From Ginglymostoma cirratum (taxonomy: Eukaryota): a DNA stretch of 64,000 bases. The notes under the pieces were generated by a model that was given only the letters and a program-made list of their open reading frames with translations, did no database searches and was not told the DNA's origin. How positions within the stretch are numbered: position 1 is the first letter of the stretch; every line of letters begins with the position of its first letter. Below, piece by piece: positions 1 through 12,935 of this stretch. A program made the translations under genes and the position numbers. The stretch is taken from NCBI GenBank assembly GCA_024137785.1, contig JAHRHZ010000009.1, positions 28,735,356 through 28,799,355 of the forward strand. The letters are read 5' to 3'.

Positions 1-384
1 CATTGGTTAGCTGTCCAGTTTAGTGTCATGTGCAAATTTGGCCCTTTTATTATTAACTTGTATTTGTAAAACACCTTTCATGTAAAGAAACATATAAGGT
101 CTCTCATACTAGGTGTAATGCAATTCACAACCATATCAGGAGGGTTGATTCAAATTTTGAATCTGGAGACTTTAGAAGTAGACACTTTTAAAAAGGCTAT
201 AGGAGAGAAGGGGCTTGAATCAGAAGGTGGTCACAAAGACAGCAGTATCAAAGGAACAGTATTTGAAGGGGAATTATGACTAAAGACTACAGAAACTGAG
301 TTGTGCAATGCAATTGAATTTATAGACGAGGCAAGCATTTTGAATTGGAATGTGTCAGCAAAGCTGGTTAGCCAAGACTGACTG

Positions 385-885
385 TGGATTCCTAGGATGG
401 GTAGTTTGTTCTATGATGAGATATTGTATAGAATGGGCCTGGAGTTTAGAAGCATGAGAGGTGAACTGATATAGAATATGTAAAATGTGGAGAGGACTTG
501 TGGGGTTGGTGCTAACAGGCTGTTTTCCCCAGTTTGAGAGTCTAGAAATAGAAGTATAGCCCCCAAGAATTTGAAGGCAGTGTAACAGTGGTAATGTCTC
601 TGAAATAGTTATCCAGAACCCCAAGCTGGAGACATTCGTTCAAATCCTATCATGGCAGGTGGTGAAATTCAAATTCAATAAAAATTCTGGAATAAAAAGT
701 TAATCAGTTGGTGACCATAGAATGTTTGGTGTTCTGTACTCCAAATAGAATTTGAGTATTTTCAAGGCTGAGAGTGACAGCTTTTTGGACTGTCAGAACA
801 TTGGATAAAAATTGGAGGTGAGGTTCAAGATCAGTCATGATGTTACTGAATATACCTATAGGCTTGACAAGCATAAGAGCTAGAG
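385..885 (+). mobile_element. Degraded CR1-type LINE 3' fragment, interrupted by a SINE head
   Basis: ggagtttagaagcatgagaggtgaactgat (LEFRRMRGDL-like CR1 ORF2 C-terminus) and a CR1-like 3' UTR (agatcagtcatgat). No intact ORF. Confidence 0.65.
577..705 (+). mobile_element. 5' fragment of tRNA-derived SINE (family B)
   Basis: cagtggtaatgtc...gttcaaatcc A/B-box-like head then ggtgaaattcaaattcaat...ctggaat; matches the reverse complement of the full copy at 12586-12935. Confidence 0.6.
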
Positions 886-3374
886 TCAAATAAAGGACAA
901 CAGATGTCCTTGCCTAAATAAATTGTTTTAGAACTTGACTCTGATACACAATGAATTAAACCTTCAAACTTGTACTGTCAAATTTTGCAGTTACGTTCCA
1001 TCCTCTTGTAACTGTAACTTGAAGCGCTTGGTGTTTTTGGACAAATCATGCCATCTTGTGGAATTTTGAAGAATTGCTGTGGAGGTCTTGGAATGCATTA
1101 CACCTAGCAAATACTGGGTGAAATGCTGTTTTACTTTGTTTTCTGAGGAATATTACGTTAGACACAACTTTTACGACTTTTTTTTCCCTCCATTCAGGTA
1201 GTCTTCAAACATGTAGTAACTTGGTTAAGTTTAATATTGTGTTGGGTGTCATGTTTAGCAACACTCATGCTCTAAGCTTCAGCTGCTCTGCTGGCAAGTG
1301 ATAACGCTGAGGAACTGCACAGTCGGAACAATCACTTCTTCAACTTTTTGGAAAGTTCTCTGATTTGAGCATTACAGTTTCTTGTCTAATGTGGCTATGC
1401 CCTACCAGATATGTTTTTAAGAGGGAGATTGCGGATCCTTAAGTGAGGCTTTTGGCTTTGCATTCGACAGGACGGTAGTATTGTGTTCTATTATTTTAAT
1501 AAACGGGAAGTTCTTTCATGCCATTGGTACACCTGGTAGCTGACATATTATTGCCTAGTTCAGAGGGTATCTCTCTCTCAACAACTCCTAAAAAGGCTGC
1601 GTAAAATTACTGTACCCAATATGGATTGTGTTGAAAACAGGCCCGTGTGTATCCGGACATCAATCTTTTTCCACTCCACAAATGTATATACTGGAAATCT
1701 GGATGGACTGTCCTTTCACTAGACATGAAAGCTTCTGTACTCATTCTTTTCTTCATCTGAATCAGGATATTACCGAAGTCTTACCAAGAACAAAAGAAAG
1801 ATATTAAAGGAACCACTCAGATTACTGTGGTGGTTGGCGATCTTGCCTTCTGTCTCTCAGATTTATCTTGCTTCAGAATCTTCACATAAAATTGAAGTTT
1901 GACTCATGACATTACAATGTAGGTCAATGGCCATTGACCCATTCTATGCATAATGTAAATGATGTCAGTTTGCTTCTTTTTCTTTACCTACCCTCACATT
2001 GTTTCGTATTTTCAGAAAGCTAATTATTTTAGATGATTCCATTGCAGTCTCAATATCACAGTCCTCCAGCAATTCTATTTTGTGAATAATAATTCCGCCC
2101 TCCATTCGTTCACGTAGTGTGAATCATGAGTTAATACCTCTACTAATTTTGACAGATTTTTCAAAATTTTGATTGCGATTGATGTAATGAGTATTTAACA
2201 TCAAACATCTTACTGATGTACATGTCATGTTGCATTTTTACAAGCACATTGACCTCATATACTGTAATATCAAAACCCTTTATCTCTTGCTTTGTTCAGG
2301 CTATCTAGAAGTGAAGCTCAAATCTACCTATGCCATTCAAATGCTCGTGTAACCTTTTTTCCATCAGCCTGAGGCCATTTGAACCTCATCACTAATTCCT
2401 TCATTTTCTGTCTCTCTTCTCCATTCTTGTTTCCTTTTTCTTTCAACCTTCACTTAAATATCTTTCTATCATTGCCCTTGTTGCTGTGAAATTTCTTGTT
2501 TTTTTTAAAATTGGGTCTCTCTCATTGTGTAGCTCCCTCCTCACCCCTTCTAACTTGCCCCACCCTACCCTACTTATTGTCCCACCCTAGAGCCACTCTG
2601 CAGTGGGTTTCTTACATCCCTGTTTGCACCTCTATTATAGTTGTGCCCCCTGATAAAAATCTGGAATGTGTCTGCGGTCTGTTTTTCTAATAGGGGAGAA
2701 TGTCATGGTATATGACACATTCCAATTGTAAACATTCAGAGGGAAGGTCCTAGGTTACGATGCCTGAGGCTCAACGTCATTTAAAAGGCAGAGAAAGCAG
2801 GTAAGATCACATCAGATGCCAAGTCTACCTCTGGGAATAGTTGGTTATTGTCCCTCAGAAAATAGCTGATGTAAAACCGAAAAATTGTAGACCTCTCAGT
2901 TTGCTTTTCCCCTACCCTGTTACTCGTTCTTTACTTTTGTTTACACACTTGCTCCTCCTTCACAGTCACTTTTCTTTCTCACACTTCTCTGCCTGCCTTA
3001 TTTTGTTTCACTGTTTTTCGACCTTCATAATTTGCTTCCTTATCCATTCTCATTCTTTAGTTTTTAATTTTTTTCCACACTGTTCCTTCTTGCTTTCAGC
3101 TCCTTGACCGTAGCATTTTAAACTTTTGAGGCAGAAGCCAAATGGAGGAAGATACTATATATATGTGCATGTCACTCAAATGACTGAGAGTTGGCAACGC
3201 TATCAATATATTTTCAAATTTCTATTACCTCTATGGTAAATCAACCATTTCTGACAACAGATCTTTCTAGAAGGGAATACTTCTTATTGCTATTACTGTG
3301 TGATTGTCTGTGGCTCTGTGGGTTATTTAAAAACTTTATTTCTGTGGTTGAATGATGTTGGGGCAAAAAGAATG

Positions 3375-3575
3375 TAAGCCTTTCATGCACCAGGTTTCAC
3401 AAAAGTGCTTTTCAGCCAATGAATTTGAGTTCCTGCTGGAGTTTATCAAATTCGGAGCCAGTTTGAACACAGCATGGTCCTGCACTGGGTTGTCAATTTT
3501 GATGTTTGTACCCGAGTCCTGTGATACTTCAATTTAGAAACCTTTGACTCGGAGGCGAGAGCGCTACCAACCTAG
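3375..3575 (-). mobile_element. Degraded, internally deleted DeuSINE/SacSINE1-like SINE
   Basis: Minus strand has a tRNA-like head (ggttggtagcgctctcgcctccgagtca) and a tail resembling cattggctg...aagcactttt...gaaaggc. Confidence 0.4.
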
Positions 3576-4631
3576 TGCTGCCTGGTATAAATAGGAATTA
3601 AATTCAGCCTTTGGCAAAGAATTGAACATCTCTGTTATACAGTTCCTCTCGGGAAAGGAGAGTGAAAAGGTTTATGCTATTGGAAAGATGTGATCATTGT
3701 GGAGGTCCTGTGTAATGAGTGAGAGAATTTATTAATACAACAGTTACCTTGTCATGAAGGAATACAGGCTGTGAAGCAACAGCAGCAGATTTTACTAAAG
3801 GTCCACTACTACTTTCAATCCTTGAACAAAGTAACAGATAAAATGTCAAATAGCAAGCAGGAAAACTAATATTTAACTGAGGGATGTGTTAGATAGCAGA
3901 CCATCATTTATATCCTTGCTATTTATAGACCTTACTGTACTATTAGTGCAGTAGGTCCAATTTGTTTTTTTTTAAAACTGTACTATACCTACTTAATCTT
4001 TAACAGCATCAGTATTTACTGTAAAGGTTCACTCCAAAGTTTACTTATGCACAGCCAAGCGCACAATGTGTCACCCCTTGAATTTTTTTTTGTGTGTGAC
4101 CAGGGATATACCGATTATCTTGCGACAAGGGCTGCTTGACACCCTCTGCTTAGTGAGAATGTTACCCGTTATTGATCTCGTAAGTCGGTTTACTGTCTTG
4201 TTTCTTGCCTTGGCCTTAATACTCACTTTTTACAAATCTGAGTCCATGTTGGACTGCCAAACCACTGCACCATGTGTATTATGAAGTGAATTGCCTTGAA
4301 TCCTGCAGCGCGTACTTGTAGAGAATATTCCTTCACAATGTGATGAGCAGTCTGATCTGGGTGACCGTTGTCACATGCTCAGCTGTCCTTCTGAGTTGCA
4401 GTTGTGAACAGGGTGTGATATCCTTTAATAGAGAGTGTTGATTCTGTTCTTCACTTTTTGATGGAAGTTGTAGCCTCGAGGTGCTAATGTTTGATCATGC
4501 AACAGATCTTTGACACTTTTTATGTCAGACCAGAATTGCACCATTTGTCATTTTCTGTTAAAATCTGTACCACTAAAAGAATTCTCAGGGCTCAAAAAAT
4601 GTGTATGATTTGAGTTTTACTTTCAGTTTGT

Positions 4632-5025
4632 TTCTTTCATTCTTTCTTAGGATGTGCACATCACCAGCTGTGCCAGCATTTATTGCCCATCCCTAATTTC
4701 CCCTTGTTGGTGAGCTCCCTCTTGAGCCACTGTGGTAAATGTGGTTTAGCTCCTGGTGCTGGTAGGAAGAGAATTCCAGGATTTTCAACCCAGTGACAGT
4801 GATTAGAGATATAGTTCCAAATCAGAATTGGCTTGAGGGAAATTTCCAGGTGATGGTGTTGCCATGTATCTGCTGCCCCTGTCCTTATAGGTGGTAGAGA
4901 TTGTGGGTTTAAAAGCAACTGTTAAAGGATTCTTGGTGAGATGCTGCAGTGCATCTGGTAGATGGCACATACTGCTGCCACTGTCAGTTGGTGGGAGGAG
5001 TGAATATTTAAAGTTTAATGTTGTA
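4632..5025 (-). mobile_element. 3' end of non-LTR retrotransposon (LINE family B, CR1/L2 group)
   Basis: Tail catttattgcccatccctaat and ORF2 C-terminal remnant, both similar to the copies at 36030-36590 and 11430-12265. Confidence 0.7.
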
Positions 5026-5477
5026 AGGCAGTGTTTCCCAAACCTTTTCCAATTATGGCTGCAATTCAAGGCTTGAAAATTGATGTGACCCCTCATTGTG
5101 AACTGCAGTGGGTGGATGGAATGGGCCTATGTAAACATGAGCCAGTGGGACGATGGCCAGAGCTCCATGGGTGGCCATTGATGCCTCTGAACACACAACC
5201 CCAAAACTCCAGCTTGCAACCCTACTTCGATTACTTGGGAGCCCTATTGCAAGGTTCAAAATAATGTTTAATTAAAAAGTGACATCATAAGAAAACAGTT
5301 GTGTTTAGTGATTAATTTGTTCATTTATCTTTTGAAATTCAGGAAATTTATCAGTCGTTTTAATAGTATTAGTATTGGTAAAGTTTACTGATCATAATAA
5401 AGCGTAGTGGGAGTAGCATGGTTTATTACCTAAGTTATAATTAAATAAAAAACAAATTAATTATCTCATAATAAAGA

Positions 5478-6855
5478 TGGCAGGACAGGTGATTTGTTGT
5501 AACTGCAGGATATGAGAATTTCTGGATACGAGTGTGATCCAGGGCATGCACATCTGCAGTTTTATGCCTTCCAAATTTGACCTGGAGACCAAGTTATTCT
5601 CACTGACCTATCGTGGAAATAAAAGTTACCAGGACACAATGGTTGCAATGGTGTGGCTGCCTTGTGGTATGATCAGCTGAATTTTTTCTACGGTTAGGGA
5701 CAGAGTGTGTGACTGTAGGTGAAGTATATAACATGACCCAGAATGTAGAATTGGAGGAGCTGTGTCTTTTCGATTTTTTTAATAGATTCAAGGTTCTTGC
5801 AGCCCTGATGGATAAAAGCAGTGGTTGCAGGGTGATGCATGAATTGATCATGGTACCACAGTAGAGGAAGTCACTCAAGAGGAGACAATTAATCTAAAAG
5901 CTATGGTAAAAGGGAATAGTATTGTCGAGGAGATAGAAATAGTTCCTTTGCAGCTCAAGAATGTGGTCCTAGACGACTGTGTGGTCTATCCATTGCCAAG
6001 GTTTGGGACGAGTGCTCTGGGCTGAAGAGAAACTATAGTGGAAGAGGAGAATCCAGTGGTCAAAGTGTAACAGGAAGAGACAAAGCTGTGAACCTAAGGG
6101 TATACCAGCAGATAAAATCTGAAGTTCAGAAAGTTAAAAGACAGAACTAAAAACTGTGTATCTGAATGAACATGGCATTCTTAATAAAACAGATTATTTG
6201 CACTGTAAATCAGTATTAACTGTATATGATCTGATTGCCATTAGAGACATAGCCTCAAGATAACAAAGTCTGGGTTCTGAATATTCAAGTGTTGCAGAAG
6301 GAATAGTAGAGGAATAGATCTGTTAATTGAGGATGACATTAGTCCAACAGAGAGAGAGGGAGAAAGATGAGAAGTAGTAGAGATAAGAAATCACTTGGGG
6401 GAGTGCTTTTTAAACTCTCTAACATTAACTACACCATAGGATGGTTGTACATAATAAAATGATGGGGCCTCAATGAGAAAGGTGCACAATGATCGTGGGT
6501 GATTTTAACCTGCATGTATATTGATATAGTCAGATTGCCAAAGTTATCCTGGATGATGAGTCATGGTATGCTTTCAGGACAGTTTTTTTCAAGAGCATAT
6601 TATGTCGAACAAACAAGAAAGCAAACTATACTAGATCTGGTACTGTGCAATAGAGACGGGATTAATTCATGACCCCATTAAAAATGGTGTCCCTAGGTAA
6701 CAGTGACCTTAATATGATGAAAATTCACATTCAGTTTTGGGAGTTTAGTGAGGTGGGAAAGGTGAATACAAAGCTACCGTTTTAAACTTAAAAAGGGGCA
6801 ATGATGTGGACATGAAGACAGGGCTATCTAAAGTAAGCTAGGAAATTAGTTTAAG
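5478..6855 (+). mobile_element. Old CR1 LINE: ORF1 and endonuclease region, probably continuing at about 7940-8240
   Basis: atggcaggacaggtgatttgttgtaactgc (Cys-rich ORF1 start), GDFN motif (ggtgattttaac near 6498), LDLVL (ctagatctggtactg) and SD.N (agtgaccttaat) APE endonuclease motifs. Many stops. Confidence 0.7.
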
Positions 6856-6859
6856 GTGC

Positions 6860-7915
6860 TTAGAGCCCCAGATGTTTCCATCATATAATCAACGATTTGG
6901 GGAGGGGACCAAATGTAATTTTCCAAATTTGCAGATGATACAAACCTAAGTAGTAATGTGCGTTGTGAGGATGATATTGTGTGTTTTTTCAGGAGTTTTT
7001 GGGCAGGCTTAGTGATTAGGCAGGTGTATGGCGGATGGAATATAATGCGGAAACGTGAGGTTATCTACTTGGCCAGAAGAACAGACGTGCAGAGTACATC
7101 TTAAATCCTGAGAGTTTGGAAAGTGGCGATGTGCAAAGGGACTTGGGTATCTTTGTCAATAAGGCTAACGTGCAGGTGCAGTCAGCTTTTAGGAAAGCTA
7201 ATTGAATGCCTTTATTTCAAGAACATTTGTGTACAGGAGACATGAAATTTTGCTCAATTGTGTAGAAGCATGGTTAGCCCACACTAGTAGTAATGTTTGC
7301 CATTTTGGTCTCCTTATCTCAGAAAGCATATTATTACCATAGAGGGAGTACAACAAATGTTTACCAGACTTATTACTGGGTTGACGGGACTGTCATATGA
7401 AGAGAGTTTGGGCAAACTGGGCCTAAACTCCCTAGAGTTTTAAGAATGACAGGCAATCTCATTGAAACCTACACACATTTAAAAGGATTGACAGGATAGA
7501 TGCACATACAATGTTTCCCCTGGTTGGGTAGTGTCGAGCCACAGGACACAAATTTTAATAAGGGAGATGCCAATTAAGAACTAGATGAGAATTATTTTAC
7601 TTGAATGTAATGTCTTTGGAAATCTCTTCCCCAGAGGGCTGTGGAATCTCAGTTTTTGAATATATGTAGAGGTTGATAAATATTTTAAGTACTTCTCTGA
7701 GGGTTGCGGGTCTTTAGACCTCCCTTCCAAAAAGGTGGTGGAAGCAGAGTCATTGAATATTTTTAGGTGGAATGATTCTTGTTAAGCAGGGGATAAAAAC
7801 TTATCAGAAACACACAGGAATTTGGAGTTGGGAGTCTCAAACAGATCATGATCTTATTGAATGGCAGGCAGGCTTAAGGGGCCAAATGGCCTGCCTCTGT
7901 TCCTAATTCAGTAGT
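6860..7915 (+). mobile_element. CR1 LINE RT/3' fragment(s), nested in the older CR1
   Basis: KFADDTK-like motif (aaatttgcagatgatacaaac, about 6925-6945), DLG motif (gggacttgggtatc), and 3' tail ggggccaaatggcctgcctctgttcct. Confidence 0.8.
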
Positions 7916-8479
7916 TCAAATACTTGTGTATTTGTATGTTCATAATTGTAAAAGCTACATTCCAGTGAGAAAGAAAGACTTAAAGGGAACGATGATCCTT
8001 CTCTGGTTATCTAAGAAATTTGAAGATAGCAGCAGATTGTAAGAAAAATATATATTTCCTCAGTCATGAGGGACAGGTCAGAAAATTCAGCAGAATATAC
8101 AGAGCAATAAAGAATGACTAAAAGGTTAGTCAGAAGGGAGAAATTAGAGTAGGAGAGAAAACCAGCTTAAAATACAACAAGATAGGAAGAGTTTCTGCAG
8201 GTACTTTAGAAAGGAAAAGAGTGGGTAAAGTGAGTATTGGTATTGATATTGGTGGAGTTTTACATGGTTAATGTCATTGAATGTTAAGGAGAGATGATTA
8301 AACTTCTCTTGTTGAACATGGCCGTTGCCTGGCATTTGCTGAAAATATCATTTATCAGTCCAATCCTGAGGTCTTAAAGATCTTCACAAATTGGCAATGC
8401 AGTCAGATGTTTTCACCATTTTTACTTTCAGGAGCATATCAAGGGGCCAACAATTAGACAGGACTAAGCTATTGTACAC

Positions 8480-9440
8480 TATTAATTCTTTTGTACCTCT
8501 GATTATTTGAATTCATGTAATGTGGACATTTTCCAGCCGTTCTTTGGGGTTGCTGTCAATCCACAATTGATCCTCAGCTGGTCCTTCTGCCGCCCTTTTC
8601 AAATGTTTCCAGTACGTGAAGCTGCTGTGTTTGGTGACTCCAAGTTGCTTGGAGTATGGTTCATTCCTGATTGGTTTTCTGCAAAAAGACCTGGATATTG
8701 CATGGAAAGTAATGGTTGTTGTCTCATTTCTGTTTGGGCAGAGATACCAGTAATTGAAATATTGCTTCATCACTTTTAAGTCACTGGACAAGATGCTGCT
8801 GTTGATTACCTTGACAGCAAGGGTCAAATTATCTGCAGAGGCATCCCTCCGATAAGTGGTGTGAGGCACGTTCCTCAAGTGGATGTTTAAAAGATTGATT
8901 TCCCCAAAATATTGTTTTAAATGCAATCATTGATAATCCTTGTTATGTCTCCAATTACTAAGCATCAAAGAAAGGACGTGCATCATTGCCTGGCATTGGT
9001 AGCTTTCAACAGAAGACCATGCTGTCTCGTTGTGTCACTTATTGATGAAAGGTTGATGAATGCAGCAGCAGTCTGATCATTTGTTAGTAACACATATCAA
9101 TGTAGGTGGTAAATGGTCAACTTTGTCAACACAGCTCCTACCAAGTTTGAAACCAGTTTAATCCCTAGAGACGTTGGGCTCCACCTCAGGGAGTCTGGCC
9201 AAGAGGAGAGACAAACAGTCTGTAAGAAGTAAATAGAAATGTGGTCAATAACTGGCTGCATCTGCTGCAGGTTTCCCTGGCTTGAGGATGGCAATGACTT
9301 TACCCTCCCTCCAGATTGATGGAATGGTGCCAGTTGCTTGGATGTTAACAAAGCACAAACCAATCACATCCATTTGGTCCCACATTCTTCAGGACTTTAA
9401 GATAGATGTCAATGATTCCTGGTGCTTTTCTTGCTAAGGC
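8480..9440 (-). mobile_element. Highly degraded LINE C-terminal remnant (possibly RTE-like)
   Basis: Minus ORF 8513-8926 contains KQYFGEI...RNVPHTTYRRD, loosely like the KxLFYGEL...RGRPxxxWxD C-terminus of RTE-type LINEs. Weak. Confidence 0.3.
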
Positions 9441-9837
9441 AGAAACTGTAAAACAGTGGAAAAAATTGAAAGATGTACAGAGGAAATGGAAACAAATTCA
9501 AATATGAAATGACAGACGGGAGATTCAGAAAAATAATGGATAAGAATTAGAAACAGGAAATTATAAACAGAACAATGTGAAAGAGGAATATCCTTTAACA
9601 TTACTACGGTGCCATATATTTACTGTGAACATTAATGTGGTACTTACTTTTGGGTTCATTGTAGAATGGCAAAGACAGTTTATATTAAATTAAAAGTAAA
9701 TTAATTGATAATAAATGCTAATTCTTGCATTTTCCATCCTGGTTTTCTATTAAACTTATAGTTTACTGATATCAGTCAAGTATTAGTACTACAAGAGTTC
9801 TACTTTTAAAAATAGATACTTCCTAATCACACTATTC

Positions 9838-9930
9838 GAGGATGTTACTACACACCTCTGGAGCAGATGAGACTTGAACTTGAGCCTCCTGGCTGAGAGG
9901 TAGGAACACTACCACTGCAGCACAAGAAGC
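9838..9930 (-). mobile_element. tRNA-derived SINE head
   Basis: Minus strand reads tgctgcagtggtagtgttcctacctctcagccaggaggctcaagttcaagtc: A/B-box-like, with no cloverleaf 3' end. Confidence 0.5.
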
Positions 9931-10268
9931 CTTCTGCTTTTTTATAAAATGTCATTATCCGGCATGTTGATATTCAATTGTCACTTAGCTTCATGGAATA
10001 GCATTGCTGAATTAGATCAGTGGCTTGCCAGTGTGGACAATGAGAGAGATCTGGAAACAGGCCTGATGTGAACACAAGCACAGATCCTCAAAGTGAAATA
10101 GAATTGAAGCTGTGTGCCTATTTTTGAAGAATAGGTGTCCTCACAAAAAGAAAAGGCTTAACTAATTCATTTAGCATGAAGGAATGTTACATTTCAGCGG
10201 GTATTTGGGCAGGGTTTGTACTTTGCCAAAATATTGACGACTTACAAGTATTTATTTTTTTTCTCCAG

Positions 10269-10393
10269 TGGCATTCCTGTTTAATTGGATTGGCTTTTGT
10301 TTGTCATTCTGCCTCACCAATACCATAGCAGGCCGTTATGGTGCAATTTGTGGGTTTGGATTGTCTCTGATAAAATGGATCCTGATTGTACGG
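10269..10393 (+). CDS. NDFIP2: NDFIP2 internal coding exon (transmembrane region)
   Basis: Acceptor ttttttctccag|TG, donor CGG|gtaaga. Translates (x)AFLFNWIGFCLSFCLTNTIAGRYGAICGFGLSLIKWILIVR, which matches vertebrate NDFIP2 as I recall it (TNTIAGRYGAICGFG favours NDFIP2 over NDFIP1). 125 nt, phase 1 to phase 0. Confidence 0.95.
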
Positions 10394-10729
10394 GTAAGAG
10401 GAATTAGATTATTTTGTTTCATGTGTGTAAATAAGATCAATACTGTTGTTACAAAATTTTGGTCTTTTTAAAAAAAAAAGTTGCGCCTGGAAAAACAATT
10501 TGAAGCAGTTTACCTTGCCATCCGTCTACCTGTTTCATGAACCTTTCAGTAGTTATTTTTTTCATTTCTTACTGTGTGTTTTCTTTAGTTTAATGCTGAT
10601 CACAGCTCTTCCCTTTATAACTTGCTCTGAAATGGTGTTCAATCTGAATATTTCTCTCCAACTGATGGTTAAGTTCTGTGTTTTTGGTCAGCAGTCCAGG
10701 TTATGAAAGTGACAATTAAATTTTAGGAT

Positions 10730-10970
10730 AAGGTGAGAGTGACTGCTTGACACGAAGGGAGCAACAGACTAATTGTGCTTTGATGGAGTCCTAATAGCAT
10801 TGAAGTCAATGGGAATCAAGTCGGAGGTGAAATCTCTCCACTGTCTGGGGTCATACTTGCCATAAAAGAAGATGCTTGTGATTTCCGGGAGCCATTCATC
10901 TGAGCTCAAAAGCATTAATGCATGGGTTTGTTATGGTGGTGTTCTATGCGCAAACATTTTCTAGTGTTTA
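10730..10970 (+). mobile_element. LINE family B RT fragment
   Basis: Degraded RT region (aagtcaatgggaatc...tcatacttgccataaaagaagatgcttgtg); appears to resume at about 11430 after a PLE insertion. Confidence 0.5.
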
Positions 10971-11019
10971 GTAGCACAGAACTGGTGTGTCACTGAAATA
11001 ATATATGTTTCATCTTACA

Positions 11020-11425
11020 TTCATCAGGACAATTCACTACAAATAGTACAATTAACAGAAAATAACGTTTATACTATGTGAAAGGAAGGTGCTGATCGAG
11101 CAATTAATGCAGTGCTTAATACACAAAGCCCCAATATTCTTTGTAGAAAGAAAGAACGTGTACACACACTGCACCTGTTTCAACTCAACAGAATGGGTGA
11201 CAACCATTCTCTGGTTCATTTTTCAAGGCAGAATCAACCTGCCTTGTTTAGAATGGTCAGTTGTCGTGGAATGGAGCCTTCTCCATGGCAATCTACCAAT
11301 CGGAGACGGTTGCCAACCAATTATCATTATGCCCTCATGGAGTATAAATGTTTTCTGTTTGATTTGGCATTCATTATGATTTGTCCTCAATGAGTGGTTC
11401 GATAAAATTTTTTGTGCATCTTTAA
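11020..11425 (+). mobile_element. Penelope-like element 3' end (a separate PLE family), degraded
   Basis: ORF 11112 reads LNTQSPNILCRKKERVHTLHLFQLN, like the PxLCRQKE C-terminus after PLE GIY-YIG domains. Followed by a UTR and a possible decayed hammerhead remnant (cctcaatgagtggttcgataaa, about 11386-11407). Confidence 0.5.
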
Positions 11426-11429
11426 CTAC

Positions 11430-12265
11430 ATCATCAATGACCTTCTCTCCATTAGGAAGTCAGGTTGTTTGCTGATTGCGCAGTATTTTGTATCATTTGA
11501 TCTCCTGAAATACTGAAGCAGTCCATGCCTGAGTGCAATGGACTGGAAGAGTATACAGCTACGGGCTGATAAGTGGCAAGTAATACTCGTGTCAGACAAT
11601 TCTTCGACAAAAGAGAATCTCATTTTCTTCCTTTGACGTTCTGTGACACCATTGCTGAATAGCCCACCATCAGCATCCCTGGGGTTACTGTTGAGTAGAA
11701 ATTGACTGCACCAAACATATACTTACTTTGGCTACATGAGTGAAACGCAAGTTGTGAAGTCTGCAGTGAATAATTCACTTTCTGACTGTCAAAGTCTAAC
11801 CTCCCATCTACCTGGCACAGATCAGGAGCATGGTGGAACACTTTCCACTTGCCTGGATGATTATGGCTCCCACACCAATCAAGAAGCTCATCCACATCAA
11901 AGACAAAAAAGTCTGTTTGATGGCACCCATCCACCACTAGTAAACAGTGGCTACAATGTGTATCATCTATGAAATGAACTGCAACAGCTTGCCAAGACTC
12001 AATCAACACCTCCTTCCACACTCTCAACTTATGCTACCAAGAAGAACAAGGGCAGCAGACATGCAGGAACATAACTGGCTGCAGGATCCCTTCCAAGATA
12101 TGTCAAATTCTTGGAACCTCTTCCCTAACAACACTGGGTGTACCTCCACCGCTGGGACTGCAACAGTTTAAAACAGCAACTCACCACCACTTGCTCAAGG
12201 ATTGGTAGGAATGGGCAATATGTCTAAGACAGTGATATAATATTTCCATGAATGTATTTTAAAAA
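11430..12265 (+). mobile_element. LINE family B 3' portion
   Basis: FAD-like motif (tttgctgattgc), ILGVT-like (atccctggggttact), VATMCIIYEMNCNSLPRLNQHLL...PRRTRAA C-terminus, and tail ggaatgggcaata. Confidence 0.75.
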
Positions 12266-12585
12266 ATCACAAACATCTGGTCTTGGAACTATTATCACTG
12301 TCTGTTTGCTATCACTGGGTCAATGTCTTACCAAACAGAACTGGTGGAGTACCTGTGCTCAGTGGACTGTCAGTTCAAGTGGGTGACTGCCACCTTCCCA
12401 GTGGCGGCTTGGGATGGGCAGTAAATGCTGACCTTGCTAGCAATGCCATGAACAAACAAAAAAAAAAAGCCAAGGTTTATGTAATCCAATGTGAAAAACT
12501 GTAGTCATAATTTCCATATGATGTCAGAGATTGTGGAAAGAATGATGAAAGGTTGAGCATGTGACAAAAACCGTGATTTTTTCCC

Positions 12586-12935
12586 TTATTCATTCACGGG
12601 ATGACGGCATTGCTGCTAGGCAGTATTTATTGCCCATCACTAATTACCCAGAGGGCAATTCAGAATCAACCACATTGCTGTAGGTCTGGAGTCATATGTT
12701 GGCCAGACCAGGTAAGGATGACAGTTTCCTTCCCTAAAGGACATTAGTGAACCAGATGGGTTTTTCCAACAATCGACAATGGATTCATGGTCATCATTAG
12801 ATTCCTAATTCCAGATATTTTATTCAATTCAGTTTCCAGCATCTGCCACAGCGGGATTTGATCCCAGGTCCTAGAACGTTATCTGGGTCTCTGGATTAAC
12901 AGTCCAGCGATAAGACCTCTAGGCCATTGCCTCCC
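12586..12935 (-). mobile_element. Full-length tRNA-derived SINE (family B)
   Basis: Minus strand starts gggaggcaatggcctagagg...ctgggatcaaatccc (A/B boxes), has core acccatctggttcactaatgtcctttagggaaggaaac, and a 3' tail shared with LINE family B. Confidence 0.85.

Noticed and set aside
5028-5260. Possible hAT-type TIR cagtgtttcccaaacc
   Set aside because: No matching right TIR or 8-bp TSD found.
1-10268. Upstream NDFIP2 exons (PY motifs, GNDGIFMLAFF exon)
   Set aside because: No matching coding sequence found by eye; they presumably lie 5' of the window.
10268-10471. ORF-track 67-aa protein starting MAFLFNW
   Set aside because: The start is the splice acceptor (ag|tg) and residues after IVR are intron read-through; it is an internal exon.
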